Below, in pieces: positions 12,801 to 21,494 of a stretch of DNA of 64,000 nt. The stretch spans positions 2,935 through 66,934 of the forward strand of contig JAZBOH010000208.1 of assembly GCA_036351055.1 (NCBI GenBank), read 5' to 3'. Position 1 is the stretch's first letter; each line of letters opens with the position of its first letter. This DNA comes from Lysobacterales bacterium. Lineage in GTDB: Bacteria; Pseudomonadota; Gammaproteobacteria; Xanthomonadales; SZUA-36. The position numbers and the translations under genes were made by a program. The notes under the pieces were generated by a model. That model was not told the origin of the DNA, searched no databases, and was given only the letters and a program-made list of their open reading frames with translations.

Positions 12801-12890
12801 ACCCTGTTCACCCTGGTTCTTCTGCCCAGCCTGCTGCGCATGAACGAGGAGCGGCACGCAGCGGGAAATACGGTCCCCGAGGCGGTTTGA
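9807..12890 (+). CDS. Efflux RND transporter permease subunit (AcrB/HAE family)
   Basis: 1027 aa with GTG start. Twelve-TM architecture with two large periplasmic loops. The N-terminus (ISLSNPVAVVVACILVGIFGLISLSRLPIQMAPDI) is typical of RND pumps. Confidence 0.93.
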   Translation: MTLTKISLSNPVAVVVACILVGIFGLISLSRLPIQMAPDIARPVISIETAWRAAAPNEIESEIIEQQEDVLQSTPGLLKMLSSANYGRGSINLEFVIGTDMNRALIEVMNRLNQVPRYPVDAFEPVISVGGNDFDKVIAWFTLTTKPGNDRDISSYQDFVDDSVLTRIERVPGVSRAGAFGGRQYEVRITFDPFKAANIGVDLTRVQAQLGSNSDVSAGLNEVGRRDYTIRFSGKYEVDDLGELVLEWRDGKPVFLRDVARVSMEMIDINNMLTKNGEPSIAFFVIPESGVNVYEVMNGVKATVADLQANEFERAGLDVSQSSDNTIYITASVGMVRNNLLLGVSLAIGVLWWFLRKFRATLIVALSIPFCGLMAFMVLDFAGRSLNIISLAGLAFATGMVLDAAIVVLENIFRQREAGLNGDEASMRGVSQVWGALLASTATTVAIFMPVIFLENEAGQLFSDLAVTISAAVVASLLVAVTVLPTAASNWIKGEAIDDHHRHWWRWVTDHIMNWTDTPRRRWTWVASLTVIPVVIALSMIPPADYLPEGKRNFFFGVMITAPGLGMETAKEEMVRVVADRLEPYLSGEKQPQLEQYFLGTARGWGTFMGGEAKNSDEFDELLGVFNRDIMSGFPDTFGFVGRAPVFGGSRGGRKIDIDLSAESFESLLAAGRTGFYVLMQEMPEAQIQPQPGLELAEPEIRLIPDDRKIAEVGWNRTMLSTAIRAMGDGAFLGEYFDGTRRYNVVMRAEGWYSPEELGAIPVYTAEGGVHSLGELVRVTRTAGPSSIRRIDRKRTLTLEVKPPAQMPMEEALSIIREKVAPAILASMPEDGTVKYRGTAEALDEALASMTGSFVLAVVILYLLISALFRSFKDSLLVILTIPMATVGGIISLRLVDLALSASGGQAMDLLTMIGFVILLGLVVNNAILLVYRARDAEREGMDRRDAVESAVRLRLRPILMSTTTSVFGMLPLMLMPGAGTELYRGMAAVIVGGMLVSTLFTLVLLPSLLRMNEERHAAGNTVPEAV

Positions 12891-12893
12891 AAC

Positions 12894-13952
12894 ATGAAGA
12901 GACATAATATGAAAATTTTGCTCAAAGGCCTGGTGATAGGGCTGGTGCTGACGATGCCCCTGCTATCCTCGGCGCAGATGGGCGGTCCGGCCCTGGTAAA
13001 AGTGGCCATGGCCGAGGTCAAGGACATCGCACCGGTGACCACCGTTCCGGCCACCGTGGTCAGCCGCAACGATGCGCGCCTTTCCGCCGAGGTCGCGGGG
13101 CAGCTGATTGACGTGGTGGATGTCGGTACCGTTGTGCGCAAGGGCGATGCCGTCGCTTCCATCGAGGACACCGTGCTGCGCCTGCGAGATACGGAGCTGG
13201 AGGCACAGGTAAGACGTGCGGAAGCCGAGCTCCGCTTTCTCGAAAGCGAGGAAAAACGGTTTGCCCAGCTCGCCGAATCCAACCTCGCCGCCGCGACCCA
13301 GCTTGAGCAGACCCGGTCGGACCGCGATGTTTCTCGTGGCGACCTGGCCGTAGCGCGTGCCCGGCTTGATCAGAACAAAGACCTGTTGGCGCGTACCCAG
13401 ATACTGGCTCCTTATGATGGTATTGTGGTTGAACGGCTGATGACGCGTGGTGAGCGAGTGGTGGTAGGCAGCAACGTGGTACGCCTGGTCGACCAGGAGA
13501 ACCTGGAGGCGATAGCCCGCGCGCCACTTGAGTATTTTGAGTTTGTCCGGCGCGGACAGGTGCTGGACCTGCGTTCCGCTTCGCGCACGGTGAAAGGGAC
13601 CGTGCGCACCGTCGTGGCCGTCGGCGACCAGAACACCCACCAGTTCGAATTGCGGCTGGACATGGAAGGCAAGCTGTTCCCGGTAGGGCAGACCCTGCGC
13701 GTATCGATCCCGGTTTCCGAATCACGTGAAGTACTGACGGTGCCGCGTGACGCCCTGGTATTGAGGCCTGAAGGCATGAGCGTTTTCGTGATCGAGAGCG
13801 ACAATAGCGCACGGCAGGTGCAGGTGACGGCCGGGGTCGGCCAGGGTGACTATATCGAGGTCAGCGGAGAGGTATCAGCTGGCGATCGGGTCGTTGTTCG
13901 TGGCAATGAACGCCTGCAGCCCGGCCAGGAAGTCAGCATCATGGAGGGCTGA
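12894..13952 (+). CDS. Efflux RND transporter periplasmic adaptor subunit (HlyD/MFP family)
   Basis: 352 aa with signal sequence, coiled-coil hairpin region and beta-barrel segment (ILAPYDGIVVERLMTRGERV). Located 4 nt after the RND permease. Confidence 0.88.
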   Translation: MKRHNMKILLKGLVIGLVLTMPLLSSAQMGGPALVKVAMAEVKDIAPVTTVPATVVSRNDARLSAEVAGQLIDVVDVGTVVRKGDAVASIEDTVLRLRDTELEAQVRRAEAELRFLESEEKRFAQLAESNLAAATQLEQTRSDRDVSRGDLAVARARLDQNKDLLARTQILAPYDGIVVERLMTRGERVVVGSNVVRLVDQENLEAIARAPLEYFEFVRRGQVLDLRSASRTVKGTVRTVVAVGDQNTHQFELRLDMEGKLFPVGQTLRVSIPVSESREVLTVPRDALVLRPEGMSVFVIESDNSARQVQVTAGVGQGDYIEVSGEVSAGDRVVVRGNERLQPGQEVSIMEG

Positions 13953-15238
13953 TGGGGCAGGGTAAACCCCAGAACCTGCTCGAGCGACTGGTCAAGGTCG
14001 AGCATGGCGAATGGCCCAGGCTGGCTATCGCGTTTTTCTATTTTTTTTTCCTGCTGGGCGGGTACTTCATGCTGCGCCCGGTGCGTGGCACGGTTGCAGC
14101 CAATAACAGCGATATCCTGCACTGGCTGTACACAGCGACCTTCATCACCATGCTGGCCATCGTACCGGTGTTCGGTTTCCTGGTCTCCCGTTTCCGGCGT
14201 GGGCAGTTTATTCCCGGAATCTACCTGTTTTTCATAACCAACCTGCTGCTTTTTGCAGCGGGTTTCCAGGACGATGCAACGCCGCAATGGATCCAGCGGG
14301 CGTTTTACGTCTGGCTGAGTGTCTTCAACCTGTTCGTGGTGTCCATTTTCTGGAGCTTCATGGCCGACATCTTCAGGCCGGGGCAGGCCACCCGTCTGTT
14401 CGGCTTCATCATGGCAGGCGGTAGCATCGGGGCGATACTGGCCCCTTCCGTGACCCGCGCCATTGTGGGCGGCCACGGCGCCAGCGGGGTCATGCTGGCG
14501 GCGGTCGGGGCGCTGATGGTTGCGACCCTGCTCGCCATGCTGCTGGCAAGGTACACCCGGATGCAGCAGAAAAAGCCGAGTGCTGTGATCGGTGGCAGTA
14601 TCTGGGAAGGCGCGGTGCGGGTTTTTCGCTCCGAGTACCTGCTGTACGCCTGCCTGTTGATGCTGTTGCACAACCTGACTTCCACCTTCCTGTTCAACGG
14701 CCTGTCGGTCCTGGTAGATCAGCAAATCATCGGTTTTGACGAGCGCACGACATTTTTCAGCCAGGTCGACCAGGTGGTACAGGTGCTCGCCTTCCTGTTC
14801 CAGTTTTTCATCACTTCGCGATTGATTTCCCTGCTCGGTATGTCACGCACCCTGACCATGGTGCCGCTGGTCCTGGCCGGCGGATTCATCATTCTTGGCA
14901 GTTCCATGGGCCTGGTTCTGTTCGCCGCGGTGCAGGTCGCCCAGCGTTCACTCAATTACGGCGTCATCGGGCCGGCCAAGGAAATGCTGTTCACGGTGGT
15001 GGACCGTGAAACCAAGTACAAGAGCAAGAACTTCATCGACACGGTCGTTTACCGCGGCAGCGACGTAACGGCAAGCTGGATTTTCAAGGGGCTGATCTCG
15101 GCCGGGCTGCCCCTCGCCAAGATGGCGTGGCTTTACGTTCCGATTTTGGGTCTGTGGGGTTTTGGCGCCTGGCGCCTGGGTAAGATCTATACACAGATGC
15201 GGGCTAAGCTGGCACAGGATGAAAGCGGGGGCCGCTAG
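13952..15238 (+). CDS. Npt1/Npt2 (TLC, ATP/ADP-translocase-like) family MFS-type transporter
   Basis: 428 aa polytopic membrane protein. N-terminal motif E.WPRLAIAFFYFFFLLGGYFMLRPVRGT resembles nucleotide-transporter-like MFS proteins. TGATG start-stop overlap with the adaptor gene. Confidence 0.6.
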   Translation: MGQGKPQNLLERLVKVEHGEWPRLAIAFFYFFFLLGGYFMLRPVRGTVAANNSDILHWLYTATFITMLAIVPVFGFLVSRFRRGQFIPGIYLFFITNLLLFAAGFQDDATPQWIQRAFYVWLSVFNLFVVSIFWSFMADIFRPGQATRLFGFIMAGGSIGAILAPSVTRAIVGGHGASGVMLAAVGALMVATLLAMLLARYTRMQQKKPSAVIGGSIWEGAVRVFRSEYLLYACLLMLLHNLTSTFLFNGLSVLVDQQIIGFDERTTFFSQVDQVVQVLAFLFQFFITSRLISLLGMSRTLTMVPLVLAGGFIILGSSMGLVLFAAVQVAQRSLNYGVIGPAKEMLFTVVDRETKYKSKNFIDTVVYRGSDVTASWIFKGLISAGLPLAKMAWLYVPILGLWGFGAWRLGKIYTQMRAKLAQDESGGR

Positions 15239-15977
15239 CGCTTTCGAGGCGTTCAACAGGGCATCCGTACAACCTTTCCAGGCTGCTTTCGTTCAGTATT
15301 TCACCGGTTTGCCCCGCGCACCACTCGCCGTTGCCAAACAGCATGAGCAGGTGGCTGCAAAATCGGGCGGCCAGGTTGATGTCATGCAATGCGCAGAAGG
15401 CCGAGCGCCTGCCCCGGTCCGTGTGTTCGCGGATCATTTGCATGATGCGGAGTTGGTGGCGCAGGTCCAGGTGGTTGGTCGGTTCGTCCAGCAGCATCAG
15501 GTCCGGCTCCTGTACCAGCAGCGTGGCGAAGGCGAGACGCCTCGCCTCGCCGCCCGAGAGCCCGGTAACGCTGCGGCCGGCGAATCCTGCCAGGTCGACC
15601 GCATCGAGCGCTTCATTGGCCTTGCGGAAATCCTCCGGCCCTTCCCGTTCCCAGTAACCCAGGTGTGGATGCCGGCCGGTCAGTGCGGTTTGCATCACGC
15701 TGGAGTCGAACACGTAAACGGTGTGTTGCTGGAGCATTCCGATGTGCCGCGCCAGCAATTTACGTGGCAAGGCGTCGATATCCTTTGATTCCAGTTGCAC
15801 CCTGCCGCTGGCAGCCTCGTCGAGCCCGGCCAGGCACTTGAGCAGGGTGGTCTTGCCAATACCGTTTGGCCCCAGCATGCCCCAGAATTCGCCCGGCCTG
15901 ATCTCGAGGTCCAGGCCGTCCACGACCCGGATCCCGGCTATCCGGACAGCCAGATTCTTGCAAGCCAGCATGCTCAT
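15204..15977 (-). CDS. ABC transporter ATP-binding protein (iron-siderophore/cobalamin type, BtuD/FecE-like)
   Basis: 257 aa with Walker A GPNGIGKTT, signature LSGGE and Walker B LMLLDEPT. 4-nt overlap with the upstream FecCD permease gene. Confidence 0.9.
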   Translation of the reverse strand: MSMLACKNLAVRIAGIRVVDGLDLEIRPGEFWGMLGPNGIGKTTLLKCLAGLDEAASGRVQLESKDIDALPRKLLARHIGMLQQHTVYVFDSSVMQTALTGRHPHLGYWEREGPEDFRKANEALDAVDLAGFAGRSVTGLSGGEARRLAFATLLVQEPDLMLLDEPTNHLDLRHQLRIMQMIREHTDRGRRSAFCALHDINLAARFCSHLLMLFGNGEWCAGQTGEILNESSLERLYGCPVERLESASGPRFHPVPA

Positions 15978-16957
15978 TGCTTCACCCGCGCACGGTTCAG
16001 GAGCAGCAGGAACAACGGGACGCCGAGCAAGGCTGTCACCACGCCCACCGGAAGTTGGCGCGGCGCCAGGACCGTTCTGGCCAGGGTGTCCGAGAACACC
16101 AGGAAAAGGCCGCCAAACATCGCAGCCGCCGGGAACAGAACGCGGTGGTCGGAACCGACCAGCAAACGCATGAGGTGGGGCACGATCAGGCCGACAAAGC
16201 CGATATTACCGGCAATGGAAACCGCCGTCGCTGTCAGGACAGAGGCCAGCAGGTACACCACCCACAGCAACTTGCGGGTCGGTTCGCCCAGCAGGCGTGC
16301 CGTGGTTTCACCCATGGCCAGTACGTTCAGGCTGCGGGCCATGCCGAGGCAGACCATGAATATCGTCACCAGGATGGCCAGTGCCCAATAAGGCAGGCGC
16401 GCATAACTCAGGTCACCGATCAGCCAGAAAAGCATGCCGCGTAGGCTGCCGTCTGGTCCTAGGGTCAGCAACAAGCTGATCAAGGCGGCCCAACCTGATG
16501 CCGTAACGACACCGGTCAGCAGCAGGCGAGTGCCGCTCCAGGGACCCTCGCCGCGAGCCAGGCTGAATACCACCAGGATGGAGACCAGGGCCCCTGACCA
16601 GGCCAGCGCCGGCAACAAGGCTGCCGATACGCCGATGGTCATGCCCAGCAGGGCGGCAAAGGACGCACCACCCGAAACACCGAGTATGTAGGGATCAGCC
16701 AGGGGGTTGCGTAACAGCACCTGCATCAGGCAGCCGGAAAGCGACAACAAGGCGCCCACGGTCCATGCCGCTGCCGCCCGCGGCAGCCGCAGGCGCCAGA
16801 CCAGGTCACCGAACTCGGAGCCGGGATCGAGCAGGGCACTCCACCACTGTGCCCAACCCAGGTTTACCGAGCCGATCGACGTCGCCATCATGATGCTCGC
16901 GGCGGAGATCAGCGCGAGCAGCAGAAACAGCAGTCGGCGTTGTGCTGTTGGCATCAT
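15974..16957 (-). CDS. FecCD family ABC permease (BtuC-like)
   Basis: The long ORF is trimmed to [31 protein letters not shown].., giving 327 aa. The sequence is all hydrophobic and typical of FecCD/BtuC. The upstream part of the ORF overlaps rppH on the other strand. Confidence 0.88.
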   Translation of the reverse strand: MMPTAQRRLLFLLLALISAASIMMATSIGSVNLGWAQWWSALLDPGSEFGDLVWRLRLPRAAAAWTVGALLSLSGCLMQVLLRNPLADPYILGVSGGASFAALLGMTIGVSAALLPALAWSGALVSILVVFSLARGEGPWSGTRLLLTGVVTASGWAALISLLLTLGPDGSLRGMLFWLIGDLSYARLPYWALAILVTIFMVCLGMARSLNVLAMGETTARLLGEPTRKLLWVVYLLASVLTATAVSIAGNIGFVGLIVPHLMRLLVGSDHRVLFPAAAMFGGLFLVFSDTLARTVLAPRQLPVGVVTALLGVPLFLLLLNRARVKQ

Positions 16958-17035
16958 GAGGAAGAAACGATTAACATTCCGGAAACAGAGTATGGAAGTA
17001 TCACACGCCCCAATCCGGGCAGGCAAGCGATAGCG

Positions 17036-17524
17036 ATGATCGATCCTGACGGTTTCAGACCGAATGTAGCAATAGTGCTGATGAACGAGCAAAGGCGCGT
17101 TTTCTGGGCACAACGATCCAACAGCGACGGGTGGCAATTCCCGCAGGGTGGCATGCGCACAGATGAAACGCCGGTCGAGGCGATGTACCGCGAGTTGGAA
17201 GAAGAAACCGGCTTGAGGCCGGAGCATGTCCAACTGGTTGGTTCCACTCCTGGTTGGCTTCGTTACCGTCTGCCAAGGCGTTACCAGCGGCATTACAGCA
17301 AACCTCTCTGCGTTGGTCAGAAACAGGTCTGGTTCCTGCTGCATTTTATAGGCGAGGAGTCTGCATTCAGCCTGGATGCCAGTGACCAACCTGAATTCTG
17401 CCGCTACAAGTGGGTTGATTTCTGGTATCCCGCGGAAAATGTCATCACGTTCAAACGGCGTGTTTACCAGAAAGCCCTGCGCTTGCTGGAACCGATGGCC
17501 GAGACCCACCTGGCGTCTGGTTGA
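17036..17524 (+). CDS. rppH: RNA pyrophosphohydrolase RppH (NudH)
   Basis: 162 aa from [15 protein letters not shown].. with Nudix box [23 protein letters not shown]. Typical RppH N-terminus. Confidence 0.9.
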   Translation: MIDPDGFRPNVAIVLMNEQRRVFWAQRSNSDGWQFPQGGMRTDETPVEAMYRELEEETGLRPEHVQLVGSTPGWLRYRLPRRYQRHYSKPLCVGQKQVWFLLHFIGEESAFSLDASDQPEFCRYKWVDFWYPAENVITFKRRVYQKALRLLEPMAETHLASG

Positions 17525-17571
17525 GCCGCCCGGCTTGAGATTCCGAACCGCAGCCCGCATTTCTCTGAGCA

Positions 17572-18123
17572 ATGTTCTCTCATACCAGCCAGCCCTGCAC
17601 CTTTGAGCGCGATTGCGAGGTCGTGATGATCCCGGTCGGTGACCGCGTCACCATTCCCGCGGGCACCGTGGCTTATATCACCCAGGCGCTGGGTGGCAGC
17701 TTCACGGTGTTCGTGGACGGAAACCTGTTTCGTGTTGCCGGCATCGACGCCGACGCCATCGGAAAGCAACCCGTGCTTCCGCCAAGCCTGCCCGATAACG
17801 CGACCGAGGACGATATCGAAAACCTGCTCTGGGAGCAGATGAAGACGGTTTACGACCCGGAAATTCCTGTCAACATCGTCGACCTGGGCCTGATTTACCG
17901 TTGCGATATGCGCCGGGGCGATGACGGGGATCGTGTCGTCGATGTGTCCATGACCCTGACGGCACCGGGCTGTGGCATGGGCGACATCCTGGTTGACGAT
18001 GTGCGTTCGAAACTGGAATTGGTTCCGTCCATCGACCAGGTCAACGTGGAACTGACATTTGATCCGCCGTGGAACCACAACATGATGTCGGAAGTTGCGC
18101 GGCTCGAAACCGGTATGTTTTAA
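17572..18123 (+). CDS. sufT: Putative Fe-S cluster assembly protein SufT (DUF59/MIP18 family)
   Basis: 183 aa. The C-terminal DUF59 pattern is YDPEIPVNIVDLGLIY ... TLTAPGCGMG ... The N-terminal domain is typical of SufT. Confidence 0.8.
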   Translation: MFSHTSQPCTFERDCEVVMIPVGDRVTIPAGTVAYITQALGGSFTVFVDGNLFRVAGIDADAIGKQPVLPPSLPDNATEDDIENLLWEQMKTVYDPEIPVNIVDLGLIYRCDMRRGDDGDRVVDVSMTLTAPGCGMGDILVDDVRSKLELVPSIDQVNVELTFDPPWNHNMMSEVARLETGMF

Positions 18124-18135
18124 GGACCCCCGACC

Positions 18136-19170
18136 CTAGAAGCCGGCGATCTCGGCTTCCGTTCCCTCAAGCAGTTCGATCCGCTCGCCCATGCGCCGCG
18201 TCATGTAGACCGTTCCTGCCTCGTCCACCAGCATGACCTGGTCCAATTCCAGCCTGCGGGCAAGCTGTTCCCATTCCGGCAGGCCGGCCACGGTAATCGC
18301 GGTGGCTGCCGCGTCGGCCATCAGCCCTTCCGGGGCGATGACCGTGACCGATGCCAGTTCCGTCACCGGCCAGCCTGTCCGCGGGTCCAGGATATGCGGG
18401 TAACGTTGTTCATTTTCCTGGCGGAAGCGCTCGTAGTTGCCCGACGTGAAGATGGCTTCATCCTTCCCGGTATCCAGGCTGCCGATGATGCCGCCTGCAG
18501 GTGACCTCACCGCGATTTTCCAGGGCCGCTCGCCGTGGCTGCCGATGGCCCGCAGGTCGCCTCCTGCATTGACGATTGCATTTTCTATACCCTGGCTGCG
18601 TAACATGGCGCAGGCAATATCGATGGCGTAACCCTTGGCGATACCGCCGAAATCCAGCTGAACGGCCGGGTTGGCTGACTGCAGGTTCAGCCCGTCGATG
18701 CGGATGTCGAGACTGGACGGGCTGGCCTCCAGGAGCCTGTCGATGTCTTCCCGCGCAGGCGGCGGGCCCAGGATAGGGTAATCGGACGTATGGAAACCCC
18801 ACAGGTGGATCAGCGCGCCGATGGCGGGGTTGAAGCGGCCGTCCGTGGCCTTTTCCAACTGCTGGGAGCGCTGGATCATTTCGATGATTTCTTCATTGGC
18901 CTCGACCGTTTCGCCCTGGCTGAAGGCCTGGTTTATCCCGGTCAGCAAGCCCGGGTTCCAGGCGTGCCAGTCGACGTGCATGCCCTGGAAGCGGTCCTGC
19001 AGGCTGGCAAAGGCTTTTCGCGCCTGCTGGTCGTTGTCCGCCCACAGCGTGACCCCCATTACCGTGCCAAAAATGTAGAAGTCCTGGTGATACTTTTGCG
19101 GCGGCCCGGAGCAGGCGGTCAGCCAGAGAGAAAGCAACAGGGCGGTGAGTGCTGTTATCAGTGTTTTCAT
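18136..19170 (-). CDS. apbE: FAD:protein FMN transferase (ApbE family lipoprotein)
   Basis: 344 aa with lipobox LWLTAC. ApbE-like pattern (FNPAIG..., DFGGIAKGYA, HILDPRTG). Confidence 0.88.
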   Translation of the reverse strand: MKTLITALTALLLSLWLTACSGPPQKYHQDFYIFGTVMGVTLWADNDQQARKAFASLQDRFQGMHVDWHAWNPGLLTGINQAFSQGETVEANEEIIEMIQRSQQLEKATDGRFNPAIGALIHLWGFHTSDYPILGPPPAREDIDRLLEASPSSLDIRIDGLNLQSANPAVQLDFGGIAKGYAIDIACAMLRSQGIENAIVNAGGDLRAIGSHGERPWKIAVRSPAGGIIGSLDTGKDEAIFTSGNYERFRQENEQRYPHILDPRTGWPVTELASVTVIAPEGLMADAAATAITVAGLPEWEQLARRLELDQVMLVDEAGTVYMTRRMGERIELLEGTEAEIAGF

Positions 19171-19237
19171 ACGGGGTCAGAGAATAACAAATCGGCGTCC
19201 CAGGTGCTGTATCCCTTGGCTCCCTTGATGCGGGTCA

Positions 19238-19265
19238 AATAGATGTATCAAAAATACCGCTATTA
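19238..19265. promoter_or_regulatory. Imperfect palindrome resembling an NsrR-type operator upstream of ygbA
   Basis: AAATAGATGTATCAAAAATACCGCTATT. The 10-bp arms ATAGATGTAT / ATACCGCTAT match 8/10, about 10-35 nt upstream of the ygbA ATG. The left half resembles the AGATGCAT half-site. Confidence 0.25.
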
Positions 19266-19273
19266 TTCCGGTC

Positions 19274-19651
19274 ATGAAAGAACTTGAAGGCAGGTTGAAA
19301 CGCGAGCACCAGACGCTGGTCTGCATGACCGGAATTTACTGCTCACATCACCACCGGGGGCACCCGGGTGTCGCCCTGTGCCCGGACTGCCAGGCATTGA
19401 TGGCCTATGCGGAACGCAGGCTGGCCAAATGTCCCTACGGTACGGACAAGCCGACCTGCGCCAAGTGCCCGGTACATTGCTACAAGCCCGCGCAACGGGA
19501 AGAGACCCGGAAAATCATGCGATTTGCCGGACCCCGGATGAGTTGGCGTCACCCGGTTCTTTCACTGTTCCACCTGTTGGACAAGTTCCGCAAGGTGGAT
19601 CACCCGATGGAACTGCGTCGCCGCGCTAGGGGATCCAGGCCAGGGAAATAA
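19274..19651 (+). CDS. ygbA: Nitrous oxide-stimulated promoter family protein (YgbA-like)
   Basis: 125 aa with a Cys-rich pattern (YCSHHH...LCPDCQALMAYAERRLAKCPYG..KPTCAKCPVHCYKP...MRFAGPRM.WRHP) matching the YgbA family. Confidence 0.8.
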   Translation: MKELEGRLKREHQTLVCMTGIYCSHHHRGHPGVALCPDCQALMAYAERRLAKCPYGTDKPTCAKCPVHCYKPAQREETRKIMRFAGPRMSWRHPVLSLFHLLDKFRKVDHPMELRRRARGSRPGK

Positions 19652-21422
19652 ACCAGGACCTGCCTGGTGCATTGAAGCCGTAAACCGGTTCGTACACCTC
19701 GCCGGCCAGGTTTTCACCCCTGAGTTCCACCCGCCAGGCCGGGGTGAAATGCCACCCCGCAAACAGGTTGACCAGTTGGTAGCTGTCCAGGGCAATGCCT
19801 GCAAAGTCGTAGCGGCCCCCGCTATATACCCATTCCAGGCCGAGCCAGGAACCGTTCTCAAAACGGCGGTCAAGTGAAAGGAACGCTTTTTCATCCGGCC
19901 GGCGCAGAAGTGGCTCGCCAGTGTCGCTGTCCTTCGCGTCCTGCAGGGTGGCGTTGGCGCTGAAATCCCAGTTTGTTCCCTGGTATTGGTAGTCGAACTC
20001 CAGGCCTTTCAGCCGGGCTTCCTTGATATTGATAGCCTGGAACCCCTCACCATTGAAAGCGATCAGGTCTTCGACCTCGGTCCGGTACGCCGATACAGAC
20101 AGCGCGCCGGCCTGTGAATGCTGCCAGCGCAGTCCGAGTTCAGCGGAAGCTGATGATTCGGGATCGAGATCCGGGTTACCGGCAAAGAGCCCGGCCCAGC
20201 CGGGTGAATACTGCTCATTCAGGTTTGGTCCGCGGAAGGCGCTGCCGTAACTCGCCATGAACTGCCATGATTCGTTGATCTCGAATCCAAACGCTGCCTG
20301 CCCGGTGAACTGGCTGCCAAACACGCTGTTGTCATCCCAGCGCCCGCCAAGTTGTGCATGCAGTCTTCCGAAGTAATGGTCCCAGGTGCCGTAGAGCCCC
20401 GTGTTGCGGCGTTTTTCATCCCAGGAGTAGAGCGACTCGCCGTTCTCGCTGATCCAGTCCAGGCCAAAGCTGAGCACGCCGGTTGTGCCGGTGTCGAATT
20501 GGTTCTGCCAGGCGAACTGGAACCGATTGGAGTCGAAACCGGTAGCGTAGAATCCAAAATCGGACTCCAGTTCTTCACGGGTGTAACCGGCCAGCAGCTG
20601 GTAGTCCCAGTTTGCAGTCATGCTGCCGTGAAGGCCCAGGGCTGCGATCGTCTGCCTGGTTTCGGAAACGCCCTGGTCGAATTCAGACTCGCTCTCCAGT
20701 GCCAGCAGGCTGTAAGTCCAGCGGCCTTCACCCATGGTGGTCGCGCCCTTGATGCCCAGGTTGGCTGACTCGAAGCCGTCGTCGTCGGGGTGGTAACTGA
20801 AGCCGTCGGGATTCTGGGCGGAAAAACCATCGACATTCCGGTACCCGGCGTTGACGCTGATCTGTGTATTCTCGCCTTCATAGCCCAGCCCGCCTTCAAA
20901 CCCGGCAGTGCCATAACTGCCCGTGGTGATCCTTGCGTATGGGGCCGGGCTGCTGCGCGTAATGATGTGGATGACGCCACCGATGGCGTCTGATCCGTAC
21001 ATGCTGCCACGCGGCCCGCGAACCACTTCAATCCGTTCGATCTGGTTGACCGGAAGTTGCTCCCAGGCGTATGCGCCGGTATTGGACGAACTGGTGCGCA
21101 CACCGTCCACCAGCACCAGTACATGGTTGGAGTTACTGCCACGCAGAAAAATGCTGACCTGTGATCCCGGGCCGCCCGAGCGGACCACGTCGACCCCGGG
21201 CAGGGTCCGTAGCAGGTCGGACAGGTCCTCAGCCGCGGACTTTTCAATATCCTCGCGGGTCAGCAGGCTGATCGCAGCGAGCGACTCGCTGAGTGACTCA
21301 GCGCGGCGCGAAGGCGTCACCACAAGGTTGGGTTTCAGTTCGTAGGTTTCTTCCGCCCCGGCCTGGCCAGGCACAATGGTTGCCACCAGCACCAGGGCCA
21401 GTGTATTCAGCTTGTTCTTCAT
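19626..21422 (-). CDS. btuB: TonB-dependent vitamin B12 receptor BtuB
   Basis: Trimmed to MKNKLNTLALVLVATIVPGQAGA (598 aa). It has a TonB box region, plug domain, beta-barrel and terminal aromatic residue. A cobalamin riboswitch lies directly upstream. Confidence 0.88.
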   Translation of the reverse strand: MKNKLNTLALVLVATIVPGQAGAEETYELKPNLVVTPSRRAESLSESLAAISLLTREDIEKSAAEDLSDLLRTLPGVDVVRSGGPGSQVSIFLRGSNSNHVLVLVDGVRTSSSNTGAYAWEQLPVNQIERIEVVRGPRGSMYGSDAIGGVIHIITRSSPAPYARITTGSYGTAGFEGGLGYEGENTQISVNAGYRNVDGFSAQNPDGFSYHPDDDGFESANLGIKGATTMGEGRWTYSLLALESESEFDQGVSETRQTIAALGLHGSMTANWDYQLLAGYTREELESDFGFYATGFDSNRFQFAWQNQFDTGTTGVLSFGLDWISENGESLYSWDEKRRNTGLYGTWDHYFGRLHAQLGGRWDDNSVFGSQFTGQAAFGFEINESWQFMASYGSAFRGPNLNEQYSPGWAGLFAGNPDLDPESSASAELGLRWQHSQAGALSVSAYRTEVEDLIAFNGEGFQAINIKEARLKGLEFDYQYQGTNWDFSANATLQDAKDSDTGEPLLRRPDEKAFLSLDRRFENGSWLGLEWVYSGGRYDFAGIALDSYQLVNLFAGWHFTPAWRVELRGENLAGEVYEPVYGFNAPGRSWFISLAWIP

Positions 21423-21494
21423 GAACGCTCCGTAACGCACACCCGCGTCTGCGATGCGTTGCGAAGGAGGGGGGCCGGAGGACAATCCACAGAC

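Noticed and set aside
14041-14049. T9 homopolymer in the NTT-like transporter gene as a phase-variation switch (also T8 at 34681-34688 in pdxH and A8/T8 at 29750-29757).
   Set aside because: The tracts encode ordinary Phe or Lys runs in intact frames. One of them is in the housekeeping gene pdxH. A single sequence gives no evidence of length polymorphism.
16958-17572. N-terminal 205 aa of the 532-aa ORF 15974-17572, which would make a much longer permease.
   Set aside because: This part overlaps the well-supported rppH gene on the opposite strand and has no transporter-like sequence. The FecCD-like hydrophobic sequence begins at the MM codons at 16957/16954.
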